Shown here piece by piece: positions 47,801 through 57,600 of a DNA stretch of 64,000 nucleotides. The notes beneath the pieces were generated by a model. It did not search any database. It saw only the letters and a list, made by a program, of their open reading frames with translations, and was not told the DNA's origin. The stretch's first letter is position 1; the number at the start of each line of letters is the position of its first letter. The translations under genes were made by a program, and so were the position numbers. Source of the DNA: Macrostomum lignano (taxonomy: Eukaryota); contig NIVC01001554.1 of the NCBI GenBank assembly GCA_002269645.1, positions 1 to 64,000 of the forward strand, in the 5' to 3' direction.

Positions 47801-50800
47801 GCTTCCCAGATGCTCATGTTGATCCTTGATGCTTCCCAGATGCTCATGTTGATCCTTAATGCTTCCCAGATGCTCATGTTGATCCCCTTAGATAATTTGA
47901 TTACTTTTCAAGTTGATGACGGGTTTCCTAGCTTGAGAGTTTTATGCATATTCTAAGTCGAGTGTGTTGTTGAAGGGGCACCTGTAGGTATGTTTGTAGT
48001 ACAGTTTAGATTTGCTGACTGCCTTCTAATTTTCGTGTTTTGCACGCCCCTTTCTAACCCTCTAAATTGTGTTCTCACGCGTGTGTTGGGCGCCTGTTAA
48101 GTATAAGTTATAATGTACCTAGTTAATTAGTTTTTCCAGCCAAAATAGGCCTAAACCCGCGTGTTTTGAAACATAAAGAACCGAGTCTGCACTCGGCCAC
48201 TTTATCTGGGGGTGGGCGCCCTGTTCAGTCAGCCGCTCACTCAAGTCATTCAGCACTGCGCAGTGCTAGAAGTTTGCTAATTTCGCAGCACACAAAGTAC
48301 TGGCATGAACTGTCGCTGCATTTTTATACTGATTAAAGTGCAGCACGGCCAGTTAGGTAGGATTGACCCGGAAAGCACCTGTGCTGGTGACCAGTTCTGG
48401 GCCGGATAGATTTGGTAGCCTCATGGTAGCTAACATTTTTGTCCTGAACACTGAATTTTTGTTCGCCATGTCTTTACCCCCCCCCCACCCATCCGCCTAT
48501 GTCGCGCAGTACGTGCAAGATCCCGACTTCGCCATTGGCGTCGAAATTGAAGGCTTCGTGCACCAAGTCTACGTGCTGAAGCGGCCATACGCTGACGAAT
48601 TCCTGCGCAGAATGGGCGAGCTGTTCGAATGCGTGCTGTTCACTGCCAGCCTGGCCAAGGTGAGCTACCTACCTATCTGCCTACCTATCTGTCTACCTAT
48701 CTGCCTACCTATCTATGTACCTATCTGCCTACCTACCTATCTACCTATCTACCTACCTATCTGCCTACCTACCTATCTATCTACCTATCTGCCTACCTAT
48801 CTATCTACCTATCTATCTACCTATCTGCCTACCTATCTATCTACCTATCTATCTACTTATCTACTTACCTATCTGCCTGCCTATCTATCTACCTATCTGC
48901 CTACCTATCCATCTACCTATCTATCTACCTATCTACTTACCTATCTGCCTACCTATCTGCCTACCTATCTATCTACCTATCTGCCTACCTATCTATCTGT
49001 CTATCTATCTATCTTATCTTATCTACCTGTCTATCTATCTATCTATCTATTTATCTATATGTCTATCTATCTATCTTATCTTATCTACCTGTCTATCTAT
49101 CTATCTATCTATTTATCTATATGTCTATCTACCTAAATATCTACCTACCTACCTACCTATCTATCTACCTACCTACCTACCTACCTACCTACCTACCTAC
49201 CTACCTACCTACCTACCTACCTATTTATCTATCTGTCTAACTACCTACCTGTCTAACTAACTATCTGCCTGCCTATCTATCTGTCTATCGATCTATTCAT
49301 CCATCCATTTTTGAGCATCTATGCATCTATGCAAATTCATTGAGCTAAAACTGGCGAGTACAATGTTGATTTTATTATTATGCGCCATTATTGGTATATG
49401 GTTGCAATATCACCGACCTATAAATTGGTCAGGCAGGCAATGTCTAGCTCAGACTGGAAGCAGTTTAGCCTGTTGGCGCTAGGCCATCTTGTCATAGCAG
49501 TGTGCAGTACGCGGCCAGGCCCTGAAAGCACAAACAACAGTGCATCTGTGTATATAATATTGTTGCCTATAACTGATCCTGCCAGTTGCAACAAGTGCGC
49601 CTTTAGCGGTTTTTTTCTGTAGCAAAGTCGCAAATTTCATAGTTTGCGGCTTGTAGACAGCACTTTCCTCTGCTGCTGCTGCTAATATGGGTAGGCTGGC
49701 AAAGCTGGCACAATTTCAAATACGCGTGCAATGCGCACTAAGGTATCGGGTGTCCGTGCGATCAAAAACAGCTAAGCCGCTTGTGCGTACACGCCTTAGC
49801 CTAGAGCGGAATATAGCTGTATTCTGTGTTCTTGTGCTTTACACAGTGTAGGACTTCTCTGCGAAAGAAGCTTTTAAGGACATGTCTGTACTAGTTAGTG
49901 TTCGCCATCAAATCATTAACCTTTTCTTAAATTCCCCAATGAATCACTTCCGAATGCTTCATCTATTTCAGATAAATCGTCCTTTGGTTCTCCTTCAAGT
50001 GCTTCATCTATTCCAGGAAAATCGCCCCTTTTGAATCTACGGAATGCTTGCTCTATTCCAGGAAAATCGCCTCTTTTGAATCTACGGAATGCTTGCTCTA
50101 TTCCAGGAAAATCGCCTCTTTTGAATCTACGGAATGCTTGCTCTATTCCAGGAAAATCGCCCCTTTTGAATCTACGGAATGCTTGCTCTATTCCAGGAAA
50201 ATCGCCTCTTTTGAATCTACGGAATGCTTGCTCTATTCCAGGAAAATCGCCTCTTTTGAATCTACGGAATGCTTGCTCTATTCCAGGAAAATCGCCCCTT
50301 TTGAATCTACGGAATGCTTGCTCTATTCCAGGAAAATCGCCTCTTTTGAATCTACGGAATGCTTGCTCTATTCCAGGAAAATCGCCCCTTTTGAATCTAT
50401 GGAATGCTTGCTCTATTCCAGGAAAATCACCTCTTTTGAATCTCGGGAATGCTTGCTCTATTCCAGGAAAATCGCCTCTTTTGAATCTACGGAATGCTTG
50501 CTCTATTCCAGGAAAATCGCCCCTTTTGAATCTCGGGAATGCTTGCTCTATTCCAGGAAAATCGCCCCTTTTGAATCTCGGGAATGCTTGCTCTATTCCA
50601 GGAAAGGCGTTGCCTTGCAGACTGCGGAGTCTTGCAGCCTGCAGCGTAAGCCGGGCGTAGAGTTCCGGCAGCAGCACAGACTAATCCATTCCCCATCCGC
50701 ACAGAATCATCTCGGATGTGTTCTCTTCATGCATCTCTGTTCCAGCTCGGAGTCGGCTCACTTCGCAGGCTAGACACTAAGCCTATATTCTTTTGCACTT

Positions 50801-52597
50801 TCCCCTTAAGACGACTGAGCTCGCTCCCCATCCAGGGGCGGGAATTATGCCGGATACGATTTTTGTCTCGCACAGATTCTCGCAGAACCAGCCGTCGTCC
50901 TCCTGCTTAACCGTCGGGGTGCAATGTGTCTAGGTATAAAATATGGCTTTAAAATGTAGCCTTCTAGCTCTTGTATCGTTACAATAGGTACTCAAGTACT
51001 GGAAATATAATAATTAGTAGAAGAAACCAATAGAAAAGCTTTCCTTTCGTTGTAGCTCTTATCTGAGCTATCAATGTGTCAATTTCACTAATTTCGTCTC
51101 CAGTACGCGGACCCGGTGTCGGACCACTTGGACAAGTGGGGCGCCCTCAAGTACCGGCTGTTCCGCGAGGCCTGCGTCTTTCACTGCGACAATTACGTGA
51201 AAGATTTGTCGCTTCTAGGCCGGCCCGTTGATCGGTGCGTCATCATTGACAACTCGCCAGCCTCCTACATGCTGAATAAAGAGAATGCGGTACGCTGCTT
51301 TGTGCACGTCTTAGTCGCACTACTTAGTAGTATTGCTTGAATATTTGTAGCTTTATTTGTTAAACCCTAAGCGATTATCCGCTTCTACCTCTTGCGCTAC
51401 ATCCACTGGCACTCCACTGCATCCACTGGCACTCCACTGCATCCACTGGCACTCCACTGCATACACTGGCACTCCACTGCAAACACTGGCACTCCACTGC
51501 ATCCACTGGCACTCCACTGCATACAATGGCACTCTACTGCATACACTGGCACTCCAGTGGCACTCCACTGCATACACTGGCACTCCACTGCATCCACTGG
51601 CACTCCACTGCATCCACTGTCACTCCACTGCATCCACTGTCACTCCACTGCATCCACTGTCACTCCACTGCATACACTGTCACTCCACTGCATACACTGG
51701 CACTCCACTGCATACACTGGCACTCCACTGCATACACTGGCACTCCACTGCATACACTGGCACTCCACTGCATCCACTGGCACTCCACTGCATACACTGG
51801 CACTCCACTGCATACACTGGCACTCCACTGCATCCACTGGCACTCCACTGCATACACTGGCACTCCACTGCATACACTGGCACTCCAGTGGCACTTCACT
51901 GCATACACTGGCACTCCACTGCATCCACTGGCACTCCAGTGGCACTCCACTGCATCCACTGTCACTCCACTGCAAACACTGGCACTCTACTGCATACACT
52001 GGCACTCCAGTGGCACTCCACTGCATACACTGGCACTCCACTGCATACACTGGCACTCCACTGCATCCACTGGCACTCCACTGCATACACTGGCACTCCA
52101 CTGCATACACTGGCACTCCACTGCATACACTGGCACTCCACTGCATACACTGGCACTCCACTGCATCCACTGGCACTCAACTGCATACACTGGCACTCCA
52201 CTGCATCCACTGGCACTCCACTGCATACACTGGCACTCCACTGCATACACTGGCACTCAACTGCATACACTGGCACTCCACTGCATCCACTGGCACTCCA
52301 CTGCATACACTGGCACTCCACTGCATACACTGGCACTCCAGTGGCACTGTGACATCTCTATCGATACTGCACAACCTCATGACTGGCACTCAGCCTATCG
52401 CTAATCCGTTGCACCCGTTGCAGATTCAGGTGAAAACCTGGCTAGGCGACAGATCGGACACAGAGCTGCGCGACCTCCTGCCCTACATGGAAGAGCTTGC
52501 CAAGGCCCAGTCCGTGTCTACCTACCTGCGCGAGCATCCGCCACCGTCCCACTCTCTGCTGAACTTTGGCCACATTTTGCACCTGCACGATCACTGA
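41838..52597 (+). CDS. CTDSPL: CTD small phosphatase (SCP/CTDSP, HAD/FCP family). Exons 41838-42018, 46171-46451, 48510-48659, 51104-51289, 52424-52597, 323 aa
   Basis: N-terminal [18 protein letters not shown], catalytic [63 protein letters not shown]. Phases are consistent. Paralog identity (CTDSP1/2/L) cannot be resolved. Confidence 0.93.
43834..45144 (-). mobile_element. mariner (DD34D) transposon, 1311 bp, in CTDSP intron 1
   Basis: TA on both sides. Terminal inverted repeats cgagggtcactcagaaagttcttagc / gctaaagactttctgagtgacccttg. Confidence 0.95.
43898..44959 (-). pseudogene. mariner transposase interrupted by one in-frame TGA at 44390-44392
   Basis: The two ORFs are in the same frame ([18 protein letters not shown]). 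Motifs [24 protein letters not shown] with a 34-residue D-D spacing. Confidence 0.92.
46565..47885 (+). repeat. 30-bp minisatellite (gatccttaatgcttcccagatcctcatgtt), about 44 copies, CTDSP intron 2
   Basis: Tandem units with a few variable positions. Confidence 0.97.
48663..49290 (+). repeat. (CTAC/CTAT)n compound microsatellite, CTDSP intron 3
   Basis: Tetramer runs. Confidence 0.95.
49916..50680 (-). CDS. Candidate neuropeptide precursor exon (multi-copy [10 protein letters not shown][R/P/H]RF-KR, pedal-peptide/orcokinin-like), nested antisense in CTDSP intron 3. Signal-peptide exon not located
   Basis: Open frame with 12 full 15-aa units, each ending in RFKR. Unique N- and C-terminal flanks are in frame, including degenerate units ([22 protein letters not shown]). 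Minus-strand AATAAA at 49371-49376. Confidence 0.5.
   Translation of the reverse strand, partial: SVLLPELYARLTLQAARLRSLQGNAFPGIEQAFPRFKRGDFPGIEQAFPRFKRGDFPGIEQAFRRFKRGDFPGIEQAFPRFKRGDFPGIEQAFHRFKRGDFPGIEQAFRRFKRGDFPGIEQAFRRFKRGDFPGIEQAFRRFKRGDFPGIEQAFRRFKRGDFPGIEQAFRRFKRGDFPGIEQAFRRFKRGDFPGIEQAFRRFKRGDFPGIEQAFRRFKRGDFPGIDEALEGEPKDDLSEIDEAFGSDSLGNLRKG
51400..52350 (+). repeat. 20-bp minisatellite (actccactgcatacactggc), CTDSP intron 4
   Basis: About 48 tandem units with short deletion variants. Confidence 0.97.
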
Positions 52598-54691
52598 GCA
52601 TAAAATTACAGGCCCCTTGGGCCGCTGCTGGTGGCGATATCCTGAAAGCAGCAAATCAAGAGAAAAAGACTGCCTTAGGCCTTGTCGTCAGGGGTGACAA
52701 TTTTCATTAAACCATTAATTCATTCATCGATATTGTCTCTACCTTTTCTTCCACAAAGTGACGCCGCGTTCAACTGATACTGCTAATTAGCACCGTGTCT
52801 TGCACTGCGGCGCGCTATTCTCTGTGCTCATATCTGTTTAAATATTTGGTGTTATTTTGCAACCCGCCCCCCATCCCTCGCATTGTTATTATCCACTTGG
52901 TTAGGCGGAAAATTGTCAGTTTATGCCAGTTCTGTAATTGTTCCGAGTACCACTGGTCAAAACTATAAATTTCAGATCCATGCAAAATTTCTTAGACTAT
53001 TAACAGAACTGTAGAGAGCGGAATAGTTTTGAATTGTCGAATTAGATGCTGCTTGAGTGAAGTTGAACTGATTCACTTTTGTATCGGTGCTAATCTTAAT
53101 TTCCTTAACTCTTTAGTTGCTACCCGGATCGATGAGTCGTCAGAGTTGATTTAATTATATATTAAATTATTGATAAAATGTATGTGTATATCAGCTCTGT
53201 CATTAATGTCTCTAAGCCTTTGCCATGTGTGCATAGCTAGCCAATATTTATGTCCGTACACATTTTGCTCCGACATTGTCTCGCTTACATCTCGCTTCTA
53301 GCTGTCTGTCGGGTTTCTGTCCTTGCCTACAATATGAAAATATATATGTAGGCATATATATGCGTGTGTGTGTGCTATGTGTTGGAGCCATGTTTGTCCA
53401 TTGTCTCATTTTTTGTTTGTTTAAAATCGCCTCAACTGCCTGATTTTAGTCGCATGCGGTTTCCCGCGTCAGTTTAATTGGACTCCGTTAATCTGGGCCT
53501 AATAGAGAGGGGGAATCCTCTGTTTTTTGGACTGCGTTTTCCTTATCACATTTGTTGCTGTGCTAATCTGATTTTCTACATATATACAATAGTCATATTC
53601 ATATAGAATTGCTATATTATATCTCTATTTGCCTAGTACATGAAAATTGTTGGCCTTAATTATTGCTCCTAACGATTATTCGAGACTTTAATTGTACTCT
53701 AGTCAGTCTCTGTTATACAGCCGCGTGCGATTGGAGATTCAGAAATTCGTCGAATAGTTTTTTTCCGAATGTATCGCACCTTTTCGTATCTATTTTTTGG
53801 TTGCCTTCGCAGTTGGCCTCGCAACTAGTTGCTTACGAGCTATTATATGTTCTATGCAGGAATTGTACATAATACATCTTTTTGATTTCCCGCTACTTAC
53901 CCTGCCACACCTGCTTTATCGAGCAGTCCGTACTATTTTTTTCTAATAAGATTCACCGTCAATTTTTGAATTAAAATTTTGAAGACGTAATTACTAAAAT
54001 TCTCAAACACTTGCGGAATCGCTTCAAAGCCTTAGTAATTTGTCCTAATACTACTGTTTTTACGAGTACATTATATACTTGTAATAAATCAAACTAAAGA
54101 AGTCTCATTTAGTCAAGGGCATAGTAATTCATGCTTTCATCATTTCACAGGCCGTTCCAATCAATTTGACGGCGGTCTCGTAAAGCTGCAAGTACATGTA
54201 GTTTAGCATGAAGTCTCAAAAAACTTAAAAACTAAAACAAAGTGCGTGCACGTGACATGCATAAAATTGGTGAACTAACCGTTATGGCGTTTAGATGTAC
54301 ATGAGGATGCATAGCGGGCTTTCCTTGAAAGTATAATTGAACAATGAGTAACAAACGATTAATTTTAGACTTTTACGTTAAATCAGGAAGAACATCGCTA
54401 TATTATCTTAATAGTGTCTTAAAGAAATACATAAATAACTTATTATTACTCACAGTCTTTTTGCGCTTTTAGGATTCTAGGAAAAGTTAGCGCCTGAAAC
54501 CATTAGAGCCAACAGATTCACATTCGTTTTGTTATGACGTGACGATTACGATGCTTTAAAATTGAAATATGATGCAACCAGAGATTTTGTTTTTGCTGCT
54601 TGATTAAATATTTGCAATTTGCATATCATTGACAACGTCATTAAAACATTTGAGCATTTAATTAAATCGACAGCGTAGGCCGTAAATCGCA

Positions 54692-57600
54692 ATGTCCAGC
54701 AGAGATAGGTAAGCTTTAAAATAGGTATTCGTTGTACATAGAACATATTTGTGATATTAGACTAGGCTAGGCCTATAATCCATTTTAATTAGGCCCTACT
54801 AGGCCTAAAAATAATATCTTACAACATTAAAATTTTAATATTCAATTTTTATGTGAGTAGTGCAAGTTAGAGTGTTGGGAGCATCAATATTTTGGTACCA
54901 GGTCGCAAGTAGAATTCCAATTTTTGTAGGCATAGGAGTGACTAGGTCTAGAATTTTGTTTTTCACTCTTATATTTATATTTATATTATTGAAAATAAAG
55001 AAGTTAGCCCTAGGCCTAAGCAATACATAACCTTAGGCCTAGTCAAAAAGCCAGTATAGTATAGTATAGCATAGCATATTATATATATATAGTCCAGATA
55101 CATATATGCGCAACCTTGGGAATCACTCAGCCATTTCTATTGGCAACACACACATGTAAGTTGCTATTGGCTGAGAGCAGTCACATGACTTACATGTGTG
55201 TTGCCAATAGAAATGGCCATGTGAATCCCTAGGTTATGCCCAAGCATGAGCCATAGTCTGGATCATGTTGATAGTGGGTGCACACTCAAACAAAAATTGT
55301 AGAACTACAAATGCATACAGAAAAACAATTTTAATATATATTTGCATTCTCTAGTATTGTAACAATAAATCCACACTCTGGATCATCTAGTATATGCCCA
55401 AAAATTCATGTGTGCATTGGTTTTACATGCCAAAAGTAGGTATGTATAGTTGGTGCATAGGCCTATCACTCCTAAGAAAATAGTATACGTGCACATCTGG
55501 CATACACTTTATAGAATCACATGGAAGAGTTATTGTGAAATAGAAAAAAGATAAAAAAGTTCATTTTAAGCATAAATTTCAAGCATTCTACATTTTTAAG
55601 CTCATAATAAAGCATTTAAACTAATCTTTGTATATATCAATTTTCTTTTATTTATAAATATTATTGCCAAAGCAAAAAATTAACCAACTAAGTCACGTGA
55701 CTGCTCTCAGCTAATAGCAACTTACATGTGTGTGTTGCCAATAGAAATGGCTGAGTGATTCCTAAGGTTGCGCATGTATATTTGGACTATGGCAATAAAT
55801 GACCTTTTTATATTATAGAAAAGATCTTGGCAGATAAATTGGTTGATTATTTATCCTTTTGTCTATATTATTTATAATAAAAAATCAATATATACAATAT
55901 TTTGTTTCAATGCATTATTAACAAGCTTTAAAATTACAGTTTTAAATTTGTGCTAAAATATAAATTTAATCATTTTTCTATTTAACACTAACTCTTTCAC
56001 ATGATTCTATGAAGTGCATGCCAGGTATGCATGCATACTACTTTCTTAATAGTCATGTATGCTAACTATGCTTATCTAAATTTAGGGGTACATCATAGTT
56101 TAGATTGTGTATTAATGTACTAAATAATAGAATAGTTATATAAAGAACACTATAAATAGAATAATGAAACATTAATATGCTAAGCAAAATACTGATAAAA
56201 AACTGGAATAGTATGACTATATAAGTATTTGAGACAAATAAAAAATGCATTATACATTGTATAATCTTGACAGGAGTATAGTAAGAATATATACCCTCAA
56301 TTCCTAGACCTATATGCCCACTAGCTATATACACTTTCAGTAGCAGGGTCCTATGAGTTCAATGCCTTAAATGCCTTAAAAATTACTTCTATTTGCCTTT
56401 TTATTGCATATATAAGTAGTACATATATGAATTGTTTAAAAAATGGGTAAAACATACAATTTAGAATGTCCTAAAGGCCAAATAAGACCAATGAGATTAG
56501 GCACTATTACCTAGTCTATTTTTATAAATTTAAAGGCATACACGATTTGGAATGAATATATAAGCTACAGTTTTAGTTGGGTAATGAGAAGTTTTGTTTA
56601 TATAAATATTAAAGACATTAAAGTTTCTGTTTTTTCAGATATTAACTCAGGGGTTGCCAGATGAAGGATCTAGCTCAGTGCTGCTGTCCAAGCCCAATGA
56701 GAGGAAAGGAGAGAGAATTTTGAGAAGAGAATAGAGGAGAGAGCTGACAGATTAGAAAAATGAATGAAAAGAGAAGATAAGAGGAGAGGAGAGAAGAGAG
56801 CTGATAGCTGACAAAAGGCGCAAAGTTTATGATTAGCGAGTTGGATTGCTGTTGTGAAGCTGAAGGACTCGAGGACAGCATGTGGCTCGCGGGCCAGAGT
56901 TTGCCAGCCCTGCGTTCACTGGTACACATAGGGTACCCCAAAATGACTAACTAGTGTCTGTTAATTGCAAGACTATAAATTTTGTATTTACGATTCCCTT
57001 TTACGTTTCCGTTTACAAAAACGCAGGTACAGAGACCGGGATAGGGACAGGAACCGGGAGCGCGACAGGGACCGGGACCGGCACAGGCGGCGCCGCTCCG
57101 GCAGCCGGGACCGGCACGGCCACTCGTCCGAGCACAAACGGCGGAGCCGAAGCCGCTCGCCGTCGTCGCATCTGCGGCCTGCTGTACGCGATGGCCTCGC
57201 CGCTGTGGCCACAGCCGCCGCCGCTGCCAAAGCCGCTAAAGCAGCGGCCGCCGCGGCAGAGTCGGAGGTGCTGAGAACGGCGGCCGCTACTCAGCAGCAG
57301 CAGCAGTTGCTGCCTCAGCCGCAGCTGCCAAAGCCGCAGCAGGCGCCGCGCCAATCAAAATTCGAGCTCGAAGGCGCCGTAATCCTTGGCGACGGGCCGA
57401 TCGATCGGGAGGCCGAGGCGCGCCGGCTCGAGCTGGAGATGCAAAAGAGGCGCGAGCGAATCGAGCGCGAACGGGCCGAGCGCGAACGGCTTCGAGCCGA
57501 GGCGGCCGAGTCGGCGCTGCAGCAGCCGCTCCGCCTGCCGTCCGCCCCGTCAGGGCTGAAGCCGCCGCCGCCATTGCGTCGTAAATTCGGCGACTCAAAC

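Noticed and set aside
46517-47956. Long ORFs on both strands (347 aa, 456 aa)
   Set aside because: Translations of a 30-bp intronic minisatellite with no unique coding flanks.
50031-50773. + strand ORFs over the 45-bp array
   Set aside because: No recognisable motif. The - frame has dibasic sites and degenerate in-frame units. Not formally excluded.
51357-52404. His/Cys-rich repeat ORFs
   Set aside because: Stop-poor 20-bp repeat in CTDSP intron 4. Only 52424-52597 is a real exon.
42019-52423. Intronic miR-26 as in vertebrate CTDSP hosts
   Set aside because: No miR-26-like sequence was recognised, and the family is vertebrate-restricted as far as recalled.
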